From Octopus sinensis (taxonomy: Eukaryota): a stretch of DNA of 64,000 nucleotides. Every line of letters begins with the position of its first letter. The first letter of the stretch is position 1. Below, piece after piece: positions 1 through 12,645 of the stretch. Position numbers and translations under genes: made by a program. The DNA lies in the NCBI RefSeq assembly GCF_006345805.1, contig NC_042998.1:158348001-158412000 (forward strand), given 5' to 3'. The notes beneath the pieces were generated by a model. It was given only the letters and a program-made list of their open reading frames with translations, did no database searches and had not been told where the DNA came from.

Positions 1-217
1 TATTGCCAGCTTCTTTTCGACTGTTTCTTCCTTGACTTCTTGTTCAACCAACCGTTCACTTCCATGCATATCTAATGTGTTGTTCTCTCAGCGAAATCAC
101 TTCAACTGAAAATTGCACTCATGACTGTCAGCTACAGTTATGCTCGTTTAAATTCACAAACATTCTAACAATGATTCGCTGCTTTTCAATTTGTCTTTAT
201 ATTATATACATATATAG

Positions 218-248
<31 letters not shown>

Positions 249-327
249 TTTGCTAACATCTGCCTGTTTTTATTCATTTTATTCTATCTTTTTTATTCTC
301 TTTTGCTGACGATATTTATGTAGCATT

Positions 328-770
328 CTTTTCTTCTTCGTCTTCTTCTTCTTCTTCTTTTCTTCTTCTTCTTCTCTTCTTCTTCTTCTTCTCTTCCTTC
401 TTATCCTTCTTCTTTCCTTCTTCTTATTCTTCTTCTTTCCTTCTTCTTCTTCTCCTTCTTCTCTCTTCTTCTTCTTCTATTCTTCTTCTTCTCTCTTCTT
501 TCTGTAATTCTATTACTTCTTCTTTCTCTTCTCTCTCTTCTTCTTTTTCTTCTTCTTCTTCTCTTTTCTTCTTATTCTTTTAGTCTTAGTCTTAGTATTC
601 TCTCTTCTTCTCTCTCTTCTTTCTAAATTTTTCTTCTTATTCTTTCTTTCTCGCTCTTCTTAGGATTTCTTCTTTTCTTAGTCTTTTTCTTCTTCTCTTT
701 CTTTTTCTCTAATTTTCTTCTTCGGTTTCTATTCTTTTCTTATCCTTCCTTCTTCTTTCTTCTTCTTCTT

Positions 771-801
<31 letters not shown>

Positions 802-1050
802 GTCTTAGTCTTAGTATTTCTCTTCTTCTTCTCTCTCTTCTTTCTCTAATTTTTCTTCTTCTTCTTTCTCTTCTTCTTCTTCTTCTTCTTCTTCCTTTTC
901 TATTTCTACCCCCTCGTCTTCTTTTCTCCTTCATGTCCCCCTTCGCCTTCCTTAATTCTATTTCTTCATCTTCCTCCTCCTCCTTTGTCATCTTTTACTC
1001 CTCCTGCATTTTCGCTCCTCCTCCTCTTCCTCCTCCTCCTCCACCTCCTA
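328..1050. repeat. (TTC)n/(TCC)n polypyrimidine low-complexity tract with a noisy internal duplication
   Basis: Direct reading. The motif tagtcttagtcttagtat occurs at ~581 and ~800 with similar downstream sequence. Confidence 0.9.
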
Positions 1051-1559
1051 CTTTATCATTATGTTCATCAGCTGTATTATCCTGCTTCACGTTCACTTTC
1101 TTATAATTGTTGTTATCGCAGTTGCTATTGTTCCTGTATCTTCATTGAGTTGTAAGTTTTAAAGTATACAACTCACATACACGCATTCAGACACACACAC
1201 ACACACAAACATACAAACATGCACGCGCACACGCAGACAAGCACACGGATGCACGCACACACGCACACACTCTTACGCACACACGCACACCACGGATTGT
1301 CTGGCCATCGGTCTGGACTATATATGTTTTAGTTGTATTACCTAATCATTCTACGACAATGAATATCCTATTTGTTTCTCAGATAATTTGACGGTTACTC
1401 AGTCCCTGCGTATGTATTTGTGTATGTATATGTGTGTGTGTATACAAACACACACGTACACACACGTATAAGTATTTATATAGTATACAACTCTGCATTT
1501 ATATGCATACATGCCTGCACGCATATACATTCACATTGCATATATATATATATATATAA

Positions 1560-2010
1560 TACAAAATGGGACAAGAACGCAAAACATTCAGAAGACGATA
1601 CAAAAAACACGAACGGGTCATTCGAAGCCTTCAATCTTCAGTCAAGAACCGGATCATCCTCGCAATTTCGGCTGATTAATCTTGAGATTGCTCTAATCTG
1701 GCCAGCCCCAAGGAAAAACTAAGCTAAGAGCACTAGCTTCCTTGGAAAAAAGCTTTGAATGTATACGAAACAAGGACGGAAAAACATTTAGTAGAGATGA
1801 CCCGGAAGTTGTTTCTCTTCGATTACCATCGCAAACAGCAGTAGCAGTAGCTTTCTTCAACCGAACACACATCGTTGATTGGTTGAAATTACCCAAATAC
1901 GACAACTTTAACACGAAATAACTTCTAAAATACGAAATTTTCTCAAAAACGTTCAGAGTAAACCGTATCCTACTTGAGAAATTCTCCCAGTATTCGAAGT
2001 TTCAAACTGT
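1560..2010. repeat. Unclassified interspersed repeat(s) following (TA)n
   Basis: Begins abruptly after (TA)n and contains short inverted segments (ccaaggaa...ttccttgg; ttttctcaa...ttgagaaa). Family assignment uncertain. Confidence 0.3.
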
Positions 2011-2261
2011 TTAGTTAAAAAAAATAATTAAAAAATCTGTGATTGAGATGGAATAGATTTGTACTATATCTATACAGAGATAGGATTACTGAACACCTGT
2101 GACAATTTTAGTATGCGACGAAAGATTTTAATAACAGTCATAACGAAAATGATAAAATACCTATGTATGCGTGTAATTAACTACTACACTGATTCTTCAT
2201 GATGCTGATTCTATCATTCTAGTGGCCTCCTTTGTCAGCCGCTCTCCAGCTATCTATTTAA

Positions 2262-2455
2262 AATTGTATGACTTTCTGAAACATTTTTTCACGCTCAGAA
2301 TTGCTGAAGCATGGAATAACCTACCCGCACCAGTTGTTAGCTGTCGAGACATTACATCCTTCAAAACTTCTACTCTTCCTGAAATCCGCCGACAGTACAC
2401 CTGATGGCCTTTTTGTAGTGTACCTGAGCACTGTATACAACGCTTTCCTTCATTA
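2262..2455 (+). mobile_element. CR1/L2-like LINE 3' end fragment
   Basis: Translates as FLKHFFTLRIAEAWNNLPAPVVSCRDITSFK, matching the FFxxRvvxxWNxLPxxVV...FK C-terminal motif of CR1-group ORF2. Confidence 0.75.
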
Positions 2456-3429
2456 AATATATAAATTACTTGAAAAAGAAATCTATGTGTCGTTCACAGA
2501 TGGTATATCGGCAACAGGATAAATTTGTTGTTGTTGAACTCCAAGTCCCATGTACAAATACGATAAACTGGTGATTACTTGCTTCATTGCTTTAAATTCA
2601 AAGTATTTAGGATCATAATTACCCACTGTGTTCTTGTATTTTAAAGATTGTAGTGTGTGAATTGAGGGATAGTTGGCTACTCTTTCTAACTGGTTGAGAG
2701 ACTTCGCTAAGCTTCTTGACTCGATGTGTATGCGTTCGCATTCGGTTGGGTAACCTGGAGACACACCATACAGTAATTGTAATTGATTCGTCCTTACCTT
2801 CGCCCGGTAAGCCCAGTTTCCTGAATCTCGTCTTTTATTCTTTTTGTAGTTGTTGTTGCTGCTGTTGCAATGTTATCCCAGTTAGGCGTTCAATTCGTAA
2901 CCGTCCCGTCCTTTTCGGTACCCAGGCCAAAAATGTCCCATGCATCTTTATTTTCTCTTAGCCAGTAGGCTCTAATATGAGATATTTTGGCTGTTATTTC
3001 TAGCAAGTGCAGGATACTAGTTCATCCACTTGCCCAAGTTTCTTATTGCTGCTGATGATCAGCTTTAGCCAAGCACAGTTATCAAAATACTTTCCATCCC
3101 ACTATTTATTAAATAATTTATGTAGGACGGTTGAATGTGATTCGAGAGAGACCTTTAATCGACCTAGCGTGTTGCTGACGTTGCTGTTGTACCAATCAAT
3201 TATCTGCATCTTTTTATTTTCTTCAGTTTTTGCTAATTGTTATTCTTTTTGCTTTCTGTTGGTTGTATTCCTTGTTCTTTATGAGACAAAGGACAGGGAA
3301 AAAATGCGAAGAACAAAGTAACAGGCATTTTTAATACGATAGAATCTCTATCAAAGACACCTTAGAAGCTGCTTAAGATAAATTGGAAAGATTGAATCAG
3401 TCTCTTCTACCTTTGTGTTTGTGCGCGCG

Positions 3430-3670
<241 letters not shown>

Positions 3671-4471
3671 TTGTCCGTCTCTTTATTTCTCCCTGTCATA
3701 TTTTTTACTGCGACAAAGATAAAAAGTTGTAATGGAAGGTAATTTAAAAGTCTTTAGCCTGAAATTCATTTGGTATTTACGGATCAAAGACGCAAGCTGA
3801 TTAAAGTGATGATGCATGTAGGTGGTAAAGATAGGCAAGCTGTTGTTGTTCGTGGGTGTTTAGGTTACAAGCAACCGCCTCTTCACATATTGAAGATGCT
3901 TTAGACGGGAAATTTTTTTCCTGTCGTTTTCTTTGCTTTCTCTTTTTTTATATTCTATAACATTCAGTTAAGAACAGATGATTAACTGATGCTGTATATG
4001 CAATAATTGTTTTGGTGGAATATTATACAATGCATATAATGCCCCTTCGAAACAAGGTCACCTCACAATGAATCTTTACCAAATTCTTATCCTTTTTAAG
4101 TCACTTGGTATGATTCATAAAAATTTAACACTTTTTTTCTAGTATATCAATTGACTACATATAGACTACATTGAAGGCTCTACTTTAATAATTGTTGTCG
4201 TTATTTTATTGTTAGTCCCGATCAAACCGCGATAAAGGCTCGGTCCAGCCATGAGTGTACAGCCGACGCCATATGCTGCGTCCCTTTATAAAGAGATAGA
4301 ACTTGATTTGAGCAAATCGAGCAGCCACATAGAGGATCGTTAATTTGTTTCAAGGGGTAAAGTGATAGACAATAAGGTAAAGTAACCAACGCATCTTTTT
4401 CTGAAGCTTTAAAAATTCTGTTAATCCACTGCCTGCTTCCAATCCGAAATTTTAATAATAATTCTTCCTCA

Positions 4472-4830
4472 TTTTGGCACAAGGCCAGCAATTTTGAGGG
4501 GTGGGGACAGTTGACTACATCGAAATCCAGTAATCAACTCGTACTTGTTTTATCGACCCCAAAAGGATGAAAGACAAAATCGGCCTCAGAGCGGAAAAAA
4601 ATGCTACTAAGTATTTTGTATGATGCACTAAAGATTCTGCCAGCTCGTGATTTTATAAGAATTTAAAATTTTGGTACAAGGCTAGCAATTTTAGGGGTGT
4701 TATTCAATTACATCGACCCAGTATTTAACTGGCACTTTACTTCATTGATCCCTAAAGGACGAAATGCAAAGTTGATATCGGTAGGATTTGAACTCAGACC
4801 GTGAAGAGCCGGGATAAATGCCACTAAGCA
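4472..4830 (-). mobile_element. Two tandem tRNA-derived SINE copies (Meta/MESC-domain-like family)
   Basis: Both match the family best seen at 17595-17835 (gaggtcgactttgcctttcatcctttcggggtcgataa...gtaccag; 3' ggccttgtgcc). Confidence 0.8.
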
Positions 4831-5063
4831 TGTAATGTGCATGTAATGCATGCATGTAATGTGCATGATACTTGTATGCTGCTGCATGTGATTAGCAATT
4901 TCTTTATTGCTTGTACATATTGCCGTATAGTTAACTTATTTTTCTTTTAGTGTGTGTGTGTGTTGGGCTGTGTGTTCCTATTTGATATGTGTGTAAATTA
5001 GATTGTTTGTAATAGTGGTGCTGATAGAGATTAGGGTGTTGATGGTACTGGTGTAGCTGTTGT

Positions 5064-5525
5064 CTTCTTCTTGCAATCAGGACTCACGCCGTTAGCCACA
5101 AAGAATAATTTCTAATTCGAGCCTACTCTAAGTTACTAAGAATGCGTGTGGGAACTTGAAGATCCACCCATCACGCGAAAGCTACGTTGTTATCCTAATT
5201 CCGTAAACGGTGGCTTTTAACAGGTGGAGAGCTGAACCATCATAGGGTACAGAGGATTCGCAATCTTGACTAGGGTCTGAAAGTTTACCACACCATAGTG
5301 GGTTACACCATGGTCCCTCTGATTTGTGGCAGAAGTAAGAAGAAAGAGTGAGAGAGAGTTGTGGTGAAAGAGTACAGCAGGGTTCACCCAACCCCCACGC
5401 CGGAGCCTCGTAGAGCTTAGGTGTTTTTGCTCAATAAACTCTCACAATACCCGGTCTGGGAATCAAAACCGCGTTCTTACGACCGCGAGTCCGCTGCTCT
5501 AACCACTGGGCCATTGCGCCTCCAC
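5064..5525 (-). mobile_element. tRNA-derived SINE with (GAA)n tail and 11-bp TSD
   Basis: Minus strand starts gtggaggcgcaatggcccagtggttagagcagcggactcgcgg...ggttttgattcc (A/B-box-like) and ends gcaagaagaag. Flanked by GTAGCTGTTGT at 5053-5063 and 5526-5536. Confidence 0.85.
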
Positions 5526-5539
5526 GTAGCTGTTGTTGG

Positions 5540-6460
5540 GGGTTTGTATTGATATATCGTCGCTCAAAACATCTCTCCCATTCGTTCATGTCTCCCAAAC
5601 ATTTTTTTTTTTAGGACGTGTTCATTTTTATTGTTTTTTCATTAGTGACTTTTTACTATTCAAGCTTCTCATTATCAACTTCATTACACAGCAAGCGTAT
5701 GTATTGTTTTATGGGGAAAGGGTTGGCCTTGTTCTGTTCTTGATATATTTGTTGCTGTTTCAAAGGTTTTTGTTGCTGCTTTCTGTGATGTGGTGGCCAT
5801 TAATGGCGATGAAACTTCTGTTCATTTTGTTGTTGCTTACAATTTTGGTATTGTTATTACTGTTGTTTCTGTAGGTGATACTTCTAGTCCAGTGCTGCAA
5901 TCGAAGTTGATGCAGTTTCACACTGCTGGTGTAATTTCTGTAACTATTTCTGTTGTGGCTGCTGCTGTTGTTGATGTTTATGTTGTGGTGTTGGCAGTAG
6001 AGGAGGTCTTCTTTCAGACGTCACATTTTGTTGTTGTTAGGAACAGAAAGTTTTGAGGTAATTAGAGTTTCCACAATTGTAGTGTAGAGGCCCTCTTCCT
6101 TCAACTACCACCTGCAGTTACAACATGGAATATTTATTAGGTCGGAGATTTTGTGCAGCGTCTCAGGTTCCATCTGAAAAAGAATCTCCGATCCCATTCC
6201 AACCCAATTTGCTTTTCTGAATCTTTTTATATTTCGCATAAAATGTTCCAAAACTGCATATTTTACTCCCACCAGAAGTCTAGTTCTTGCTGTTGCTGTT
6301 CATAGTGTTGTTATTATTGTTGTTGCTTCTACAATCTTTGTCTCACTGTGGCAGTAGTGCAAGTATTTGGACTTTGAAGTTTGAGCGATTGAAAATATTT
6401 CTCTCCTTTCACGTGCTGCACCTTCCTTTGCGAGTCACTTCTCTTTTTAGTTAGCTGGTT
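5540..6460 (-). pseudogene. Degenerate LINE ORF1 (gag-like, zinc knuckle) remnant
   Basis: Minus-strand translation near 6040-6120 reads LQVVVEGRGPLHYNCGNSNYLKTFC, i.e. VVVEGR followed by a decayed CX2CX4HX4C, then a Q/T/N-rich tail. Many stops. Confidence 0.5.
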
Positions 6461-6613
6461 GTCGAAGGCAGGCTATGTTTTAAAATGTGTTTTTCAAAAC
6501 AAAAGTTGAAAAATTTTCCTAGGTGGTCAAGTTGACTTAAATGTTATATAACAAAATTCCAACAATTAACAAATTTGGAACATATAAAGAAATAAACAAA
6601 ATTTCGACGTGTT

Positions 6614-6640
6614 GATGATACCACCACCACCACCACCACC

Positions 6641-6719
<79 letters not shown>

Positions 6720-6727
6720 TAATAATA
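6614..6727. repeat. Compound (CAC)(CAA)(AAT)n microsatellite, continuous with the 3' tail of the adjacent SINE
   Basis: Direct reading. Confidence 0.9.
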
Positions 6728-6940
6728 TTTTCTACTAAAGACACAAGGCCTGAAATTTAGTGGGAGTGGACTAGTCATTTGCATGAACCCCAGTATTTCA
6801 CTGGTACTTAATTCATCGACCCCGAAAAGATGAAAGGCAATGTCGACCTCGGCGGAATTTGAACTCAGAACGTAAAGACGGACGAAATGCTGCTAAGCAT
6901 TTTGCCTCGCATGCTGTCGATTCTACTAGCTCGCCGCCTT
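6728..6940 (-). mobile_element. tRNA-derived SINE (Meta/MESC-like)
   Basis: cgaccccgaaaagatgaaaggcaatgtcgacctcggcggaatttgaactcagaacgtaaag; full-length copy. Confidence 0.85.
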
Positions 6941-7314
6941 CTATCATCTCGCTGTCTTCTACCACCTTGCCGCCTTCTACCAGCTCGCTGCCTAAAGCCA
7001 ACAACAATAAACAAAGGAGTAAGAAGGCAGAAGAGATGATAATGTTACTTGAGGAATAAAATATACAGGTTCTTCTATTATGTTTATACATAACAAAATT
7101 ATAGTCAAGTTTTATCAGAGATAGCTGTTTTTGAAAGCATTTCAGGGAAATGATTTTGGAGTGACTGATGTTGCAGAAAAGGAAACAGAGGGATAAAGAC
7201 AAGAAAAAAAAGGAGAAGAAAGGAGAGAGCGGTAAATTAGTGATTAACAATTATTCTTGGTAGTAAAAACGATCGATTAGCGTAATTCACCCCAACTATT
7301 TCATTCTGTTTAGA

Positions 7315-8125
7315 CTGATGACGATGATGATGAGGAGGAGGAGGAAGAAGAGAAGGAAGAGGAGGAAGAGGAGGAGGAGGAGGAGGAGAAATAAGAGAAG
7401 GCAGATGAGGAGGAGAAGGAAGATGAAGTAGAGAAGGAAGATGAGGAGGAAGAGGACGAAGAAGGGGAGAACGACGAGGACGACGATGATAGAGAGGGTA
7501 ATGAGGAGGAGGAAGAGAAGAAGAAGGACAATAATGACAACGGCGAAAATTATGGTGATAACAATAGTTTTAGAAACGGAGATTTTGAATCGTAGTTTTT
7601 GTTGTTGATGCTGATGATCAAGTCTACCTTCGCCGACCATTTCTCTTAACTAGGCTACCCAAGAACATCATTTAAGACAGTGGCAAGTAATCTGATGGAT
7701 ACTTGGTTGCTAATTCTTGCAGGATACTGGTCGTAGTGTTGTTGGTAATGATGGTGATAGCTTGTTGTGGTTGCAGTTGTGATGATTCTAGTGGTAGTCG
7801 TGGTGGTGCTAGTGGAAGTGGTAGTGATAGTGCTGGTGCTGGTTCTAGTGCTGGTCGTGGTGGTAGTGATGGTAGTGAGGGATGGTGTTATGGTGGTGGT
7901 GGTCATCGCTGTCGTGATAGTGTTGATGGTAGTTCTAGTGGTGATGGTGATGATGGTGGTACGGGTGCGGGTGGTGGTGGTGCTAGTGGTGATGCTGGTG
8001 GTAGTGATGGTGGTGGTAGTGGTGGTGGTGGTGGTGGTGGTGCTAGTGGTGGTGGTGGTGGTGGTGGTGGTGGTCCTGGTAGTGGTGATGGTAGTGGTGC
8101 TGGTGATGGTGCTGGTGCTGGTAGT
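7315..8125. repeat. (GAG/GAA)n and decayed (GGT/GAT/GCT)n trinucleotide low-complexity tracts
   Basis: Direct reading. They generate spurious ORFs in several frames on both strands. Confidence 0.85.
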
Positions 8126-9689
8126 CCTGCTGCGTGGAATACTGAATGCTGAGATTATTGTTACAATAATAAGAGTGCCGACAGGACAGTGTAACAACCG
8201 TCTAATGAGAATCAGAAATATGGTTTTGACATATTCGAGACGGAAAATACGAGAGAATAATAATAGAATATATGATAAGGACATCGAAAGTAATAGTTGA
8301 GAGAAGATAATGATAAATGGGTGGGACTGTAAGATGCAGATTATTGCAAAGACGATGATGCCGAGTGATGTCTCATCCTGCAGGATTCGTTTGTCACATC
8401 ATTGTTACACAATATACCAGATAATTGTGTTCATTTGACTGATCGAATCTAATGCTAAGTTCATTATACACATAGCATGTGTTCTCTGCGCGCGCGCGTG
8501 TATGTTGCAAAGTGGATGGTGAGAGATCTAGTGTAATATTTTTACTGCGGTTCGAGTACATCAGACACAAAAATTCTCTTCGAAAAAGTGTGATAACTAT
8601 TGAATTCCTACTAATGATCATTCACAACAAACATTTTCAATGTCTTTCAGGTGAATTACTGACATCACTAAAAATCTCGATATATATATATATAAAAGCA
8701 AGGAAGAAGTCGTTTCACCAATCGCTCTCAAATCTTACCCTACCTTCTTAAAACGGAACGGCACACTGAGCAACGTAATCTCGCTTCTCTGTTGAAACTA
8801 TGTTTGATGGCTATGTTTAATATAATGACCTTGACAGTAAATGAACTTAATATAAAAGAATAAACACTTACCCTTTGTCTACACAGAAAGCCCTTTAAAT
8901 TGCAGAACTTTAGGCATATCGCAGTTCCAGACGAACAGTAACTCCAACCCAATTGATCGTGATCTTTTCTGAGCCCATCGACATTTTCTCAACTCATCAT
9001 TCACCCCAACACATAACAATTCAAAAGTGTATTAAGTATATTATCACAATGACTTCCTAAACTCTCTCACCAACACCATGCATTATGCATTATCTCTAAT
9101 GCTACAAAAATGCTACAACAGTGTCTCCAACACAACTTAAATATAATAGACGCTAGTATAATCCCCAGTAGTATATTTACAACAATTGAAGCGGAGAAGT
9201 AAACAATACTTTACTGCTCCAACTGTTTACATTACTTTCAGTTATTGTTTTAGTACTTTCCGTTTTCGCTACTTTCCATTACTTTCAGTCGTTACTTTCA
9301 GAATAACATACATACAGAACAACATGCAGTTATACAGATACAATCTCACAACCATTTGATATGCTCCCTTATAGCACTACTTCAGTGATATTTAAAAGAA
9401 TGTTGAGGATAGCGCAAAGGCAATGCTGTGGGAAATTAATCAAATAGCATAGCTATAGAATGGTTTATATATAATATGCGCTATACAGACTTGTATAACC
9501 GCATATTTAATAATTGATCATTCTCTTTACAATAGCACTTATAATAAAACTTTAGAATTTTTAAACACATTTAAATTTCACTGCATTTAGACCATTTCCA
9601 AAATTCTAGTATTCTTACACTATTTCTAAGTATTTTGATGTAATACCACCTTTAATTTTATATACAAGCCATTTACTGATTTTATTGCT

Positions 9690-10000
9690 CTTAACTTTAT
9701 TTCATAGACCCACAGAAGGATGGAAAGCAAAGTTGACCTCGAAGAGATATGAACTCAAAATATAAAGAAACGAAAATAAATGGTACACGGCCATTTTGCC
9801 TCATGCACTATCATTTTCGAGCCACTCTGGATGCCTCTACGTGGTCTCTCGATCTGTTAGAAATAGCCCCAAATCTCCCTCAAATCACGCCCTACCAGTT
9901 TTACAAGGCTCTTGCATAATATAGCCGTGAATATGTTATGATAGAACAAGTACTGAATGGTCATAGCTACGGTGCACTTTGATCAAACATTGACAACAGC
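9690..10000 (-). mobile_element. Degenerate SINE plus an adjacent second repeat family (related copies at ~36000-36170, ~46035-46220, ~58740-58920)
   Basis: gaaagcaaagttgacctc SINE core. The segment ctctacgtggtctctcgatctgttagaaatagc...aaatctccctcaaatcac recurs, degenerate, at the other sites. Confidence 0.55.
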
Positions 10001-10436
10001 ACTTACACAAAAACACAAGCAGACACACGAAACTTCACACGCACGCACACACACAAACAAACATACAACATTTCACATAAACATACACACACACAAAACC
10101 ACATACACACACACATACACCACCACCATCTACCACACCACCACTACCACCCACACACACATGCAAAACTTCACAGGCATACATACGCACGCACGCACAA
10201 TTTCAGAACCAAAACATTGATTTACGACGCACAACAACACTCACACACTTACACACACACATGATCACACGCACACATAAATACATAGACACACTGATAC
10301 GCAATCACACATATACGTACACATTTATTCAAGCAATCACGCGTAGACACTCTCATGCACAAATTGCACATATACACCCTATATATAAAGACTCTCTCTT
10401 TCTCTGTCTCTCTCTGTCTCTGTCTCTCTCTCTGTC

Positions 10437-10467
<31 letters not shown>

Positions 10468-10864
10468 AACATACTCACACACACACACACACAGAAACAT
10501 TAAAACTTATCTAAAAAATACAATACACACACACATATATAAATTTACAAAGACACAAAGCTATGAAATACCGCACAGGTATGCATATATACACATACGC
10601 AAAAACATGAATATGCTATCACAACACAAGCAGTTTTGAAAGAAATGCATACACAGATAGAAAGAGAGGGGCAGCGAGAAATATGAATCACTGGTTAAAG
10701 TTAAAGTTAGTGTTTTGTAGGCTTTTACTGTACAAAACATTATAAACCTCTTAAGGAATAACAAGAAATTCACTTCAATTTTTCTGCCAACGACTCAATA
10801 TTTCGAACTGTTATTTATCATTCAAATTGACGTATGTTTGTAACTGTCTACATGCCTACATATT

Positions 10865-10924
<60 letters not shown>

Positions 10925-11339
10925 TCCTCCTTTCTTTCTTTCTTTCTTTCTTTCTTTCTCTTATGCACAGGCACACATACACATAATCACGCATGTGCAC
11001 ATACTATATGTGTGTGCGTATGTGTGTATATGTATGTATGTGTATGAGTATACACGCACACGTACACGCATTTATTTATACCAGTTCTTGTGTTACCATG
11101 CATCTGACTTTATATATCTACGTATGTACACAATGTGTGTATGTGTGTGCATGTATTTATGTATATGCATACGCACACACCATATATGTACACACAAACA
11201 CATACATATATACATATATACATACACGCGCGCGTATATAGATACATACATACATACATACATACATACATACATACATACATACATACATACACACACA
11301 TACATACATAAATAACACATACATATACATGCATCTTTA

Positions 11340-12645
11340 TCATCATTACCATTATCATCATCATCAACATCATCATTGCACGAATTTTCATAACCCGAAT
11401 CCTTCAGCCATCTGTATCTTCCGTGGCATATGCTACATCTTATCAGGGACATCCAATGTCACTAGTTGATTAATTGGTTAACGTATGCCTCCGCAACGAG
11501 ACTAAAGCGATCACAACTATTTCAATATGTCCAACGCATTGTGTCACTAACGAGTTCTTCCTTGCAACTCCAGCAGTGTCTTATAAAATTAACTCTTCTT
11601 TCTTGAGTAGTATCTTTTACTTTAGGAAAATTATGATATAATCTTTATTTTTGAAGGTTGTTCTTTTCAGAATATATTTAAAAAAAAAAAAGTAATGACG
11701 TATGCTTTTGATGCTCTCTAGTATAGTTTTAAGCTTTCTAGTTAGTGTCGAACTGGAAAATCCTAAAGTTACACAGAATCAATCACTACATGGAAGAAGT
11801 TCCTTTTCAGATTCTTTGGGAGTTTAGGTTTCCGTATTATGCTTATATTTTTTAATATTTTGTTAAAGACCTTTGTTTTATACGCCTTTTAGCATTTGCT
11901 CCCAGTGAAAGAATCTACTAGTTTTATCGAGCTTCCAGTCAGCGAGATCAAAGCACTTTCCAAAATGTATTTGATGAATTCCATTTTTTCTAGCATTACC
12001 ATAGTGACCAATGCTTCCCACCATATTTTCCAAACTGTGAAGTAGATTAATGCCTCTTGCAATTTTACCATCATTAAAGCCCAGTCATCTACATGTGTTA
12101 TTGTAGGGGTGGTCTTTTGGAGCCTCTTGATTTTGTGAGATGAGCCATATTTCTTGTTATGATCGACTGAAAAATACATTAGAGATAGATTAAGAATAAC
12201 TAAATGTTGCAAATGTGTATTTAGGAAGACATCAACTACAATGACCTAAATTTCTGTCTCTGCCAGGTGAACGGTGTGTGTAGCACATTATTATTGCATC
12301 TATTATTTGTTGAGTGAATCCATAGGCTAGCAGAATTTGTTGTATGTTAACTCCGTGAACTGAGTTAAATAAATTGAGAAATCCACGAATAATAGAATGA
12401 CAGGAAGACTCTTTATTTTGAACAGTCTCAATAAATCGTCTGACGATTAACATTTGTTCAGTTATTTTTTTCTGCATCCATTCTGGTTGGTGCGAAAAAT
12501 TTTCTTGACCTCCAACTAGATACAATTGCATAGCTATTGCTGATATGATACTACGGTAAATGTACCAAGGTTAAGTCACTACTTTTAAGAAAATGCAGGG
12601 ATTTTTCCTTTAATGCATTTATCGATATAGTTTCCGTGTTAACAG
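11340..12645 (-). mobile_element. RTE/RTEX-like LINE, degenerate RT and 3' end with (GAT)n tail
   Basis: Minus-strand pieces NQNGCRK, LLFVDFSNLFNSVH...QQILLAYG, ITHVDDWAL (YADD equivalent), GSSIKLVDSFT, and IRVMKIRA followed by gatgatgatg. Confidence 0.75.

Noticed and set aside
328-910. Biological tandem duplication in the TTC tract
   Set aside because: The indel-noisy pattern is equally consistent with unpolished long-read consensus error.
740-991. Protamine-like Arg-rich ORF
   Set aside because: Translation of a (TTC)n tract.
5440-5525. tRNA gene
   Set aside because: tRNA-like head only. It continues into a SINE body with tail and TSD.
7703-8152. Gly/Ser-rich 149-aa ORF suggesting a structural protein
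   Set aside because: Decayed (GGT)n repeat that is open in several frames on both strands. No splice or domain support.
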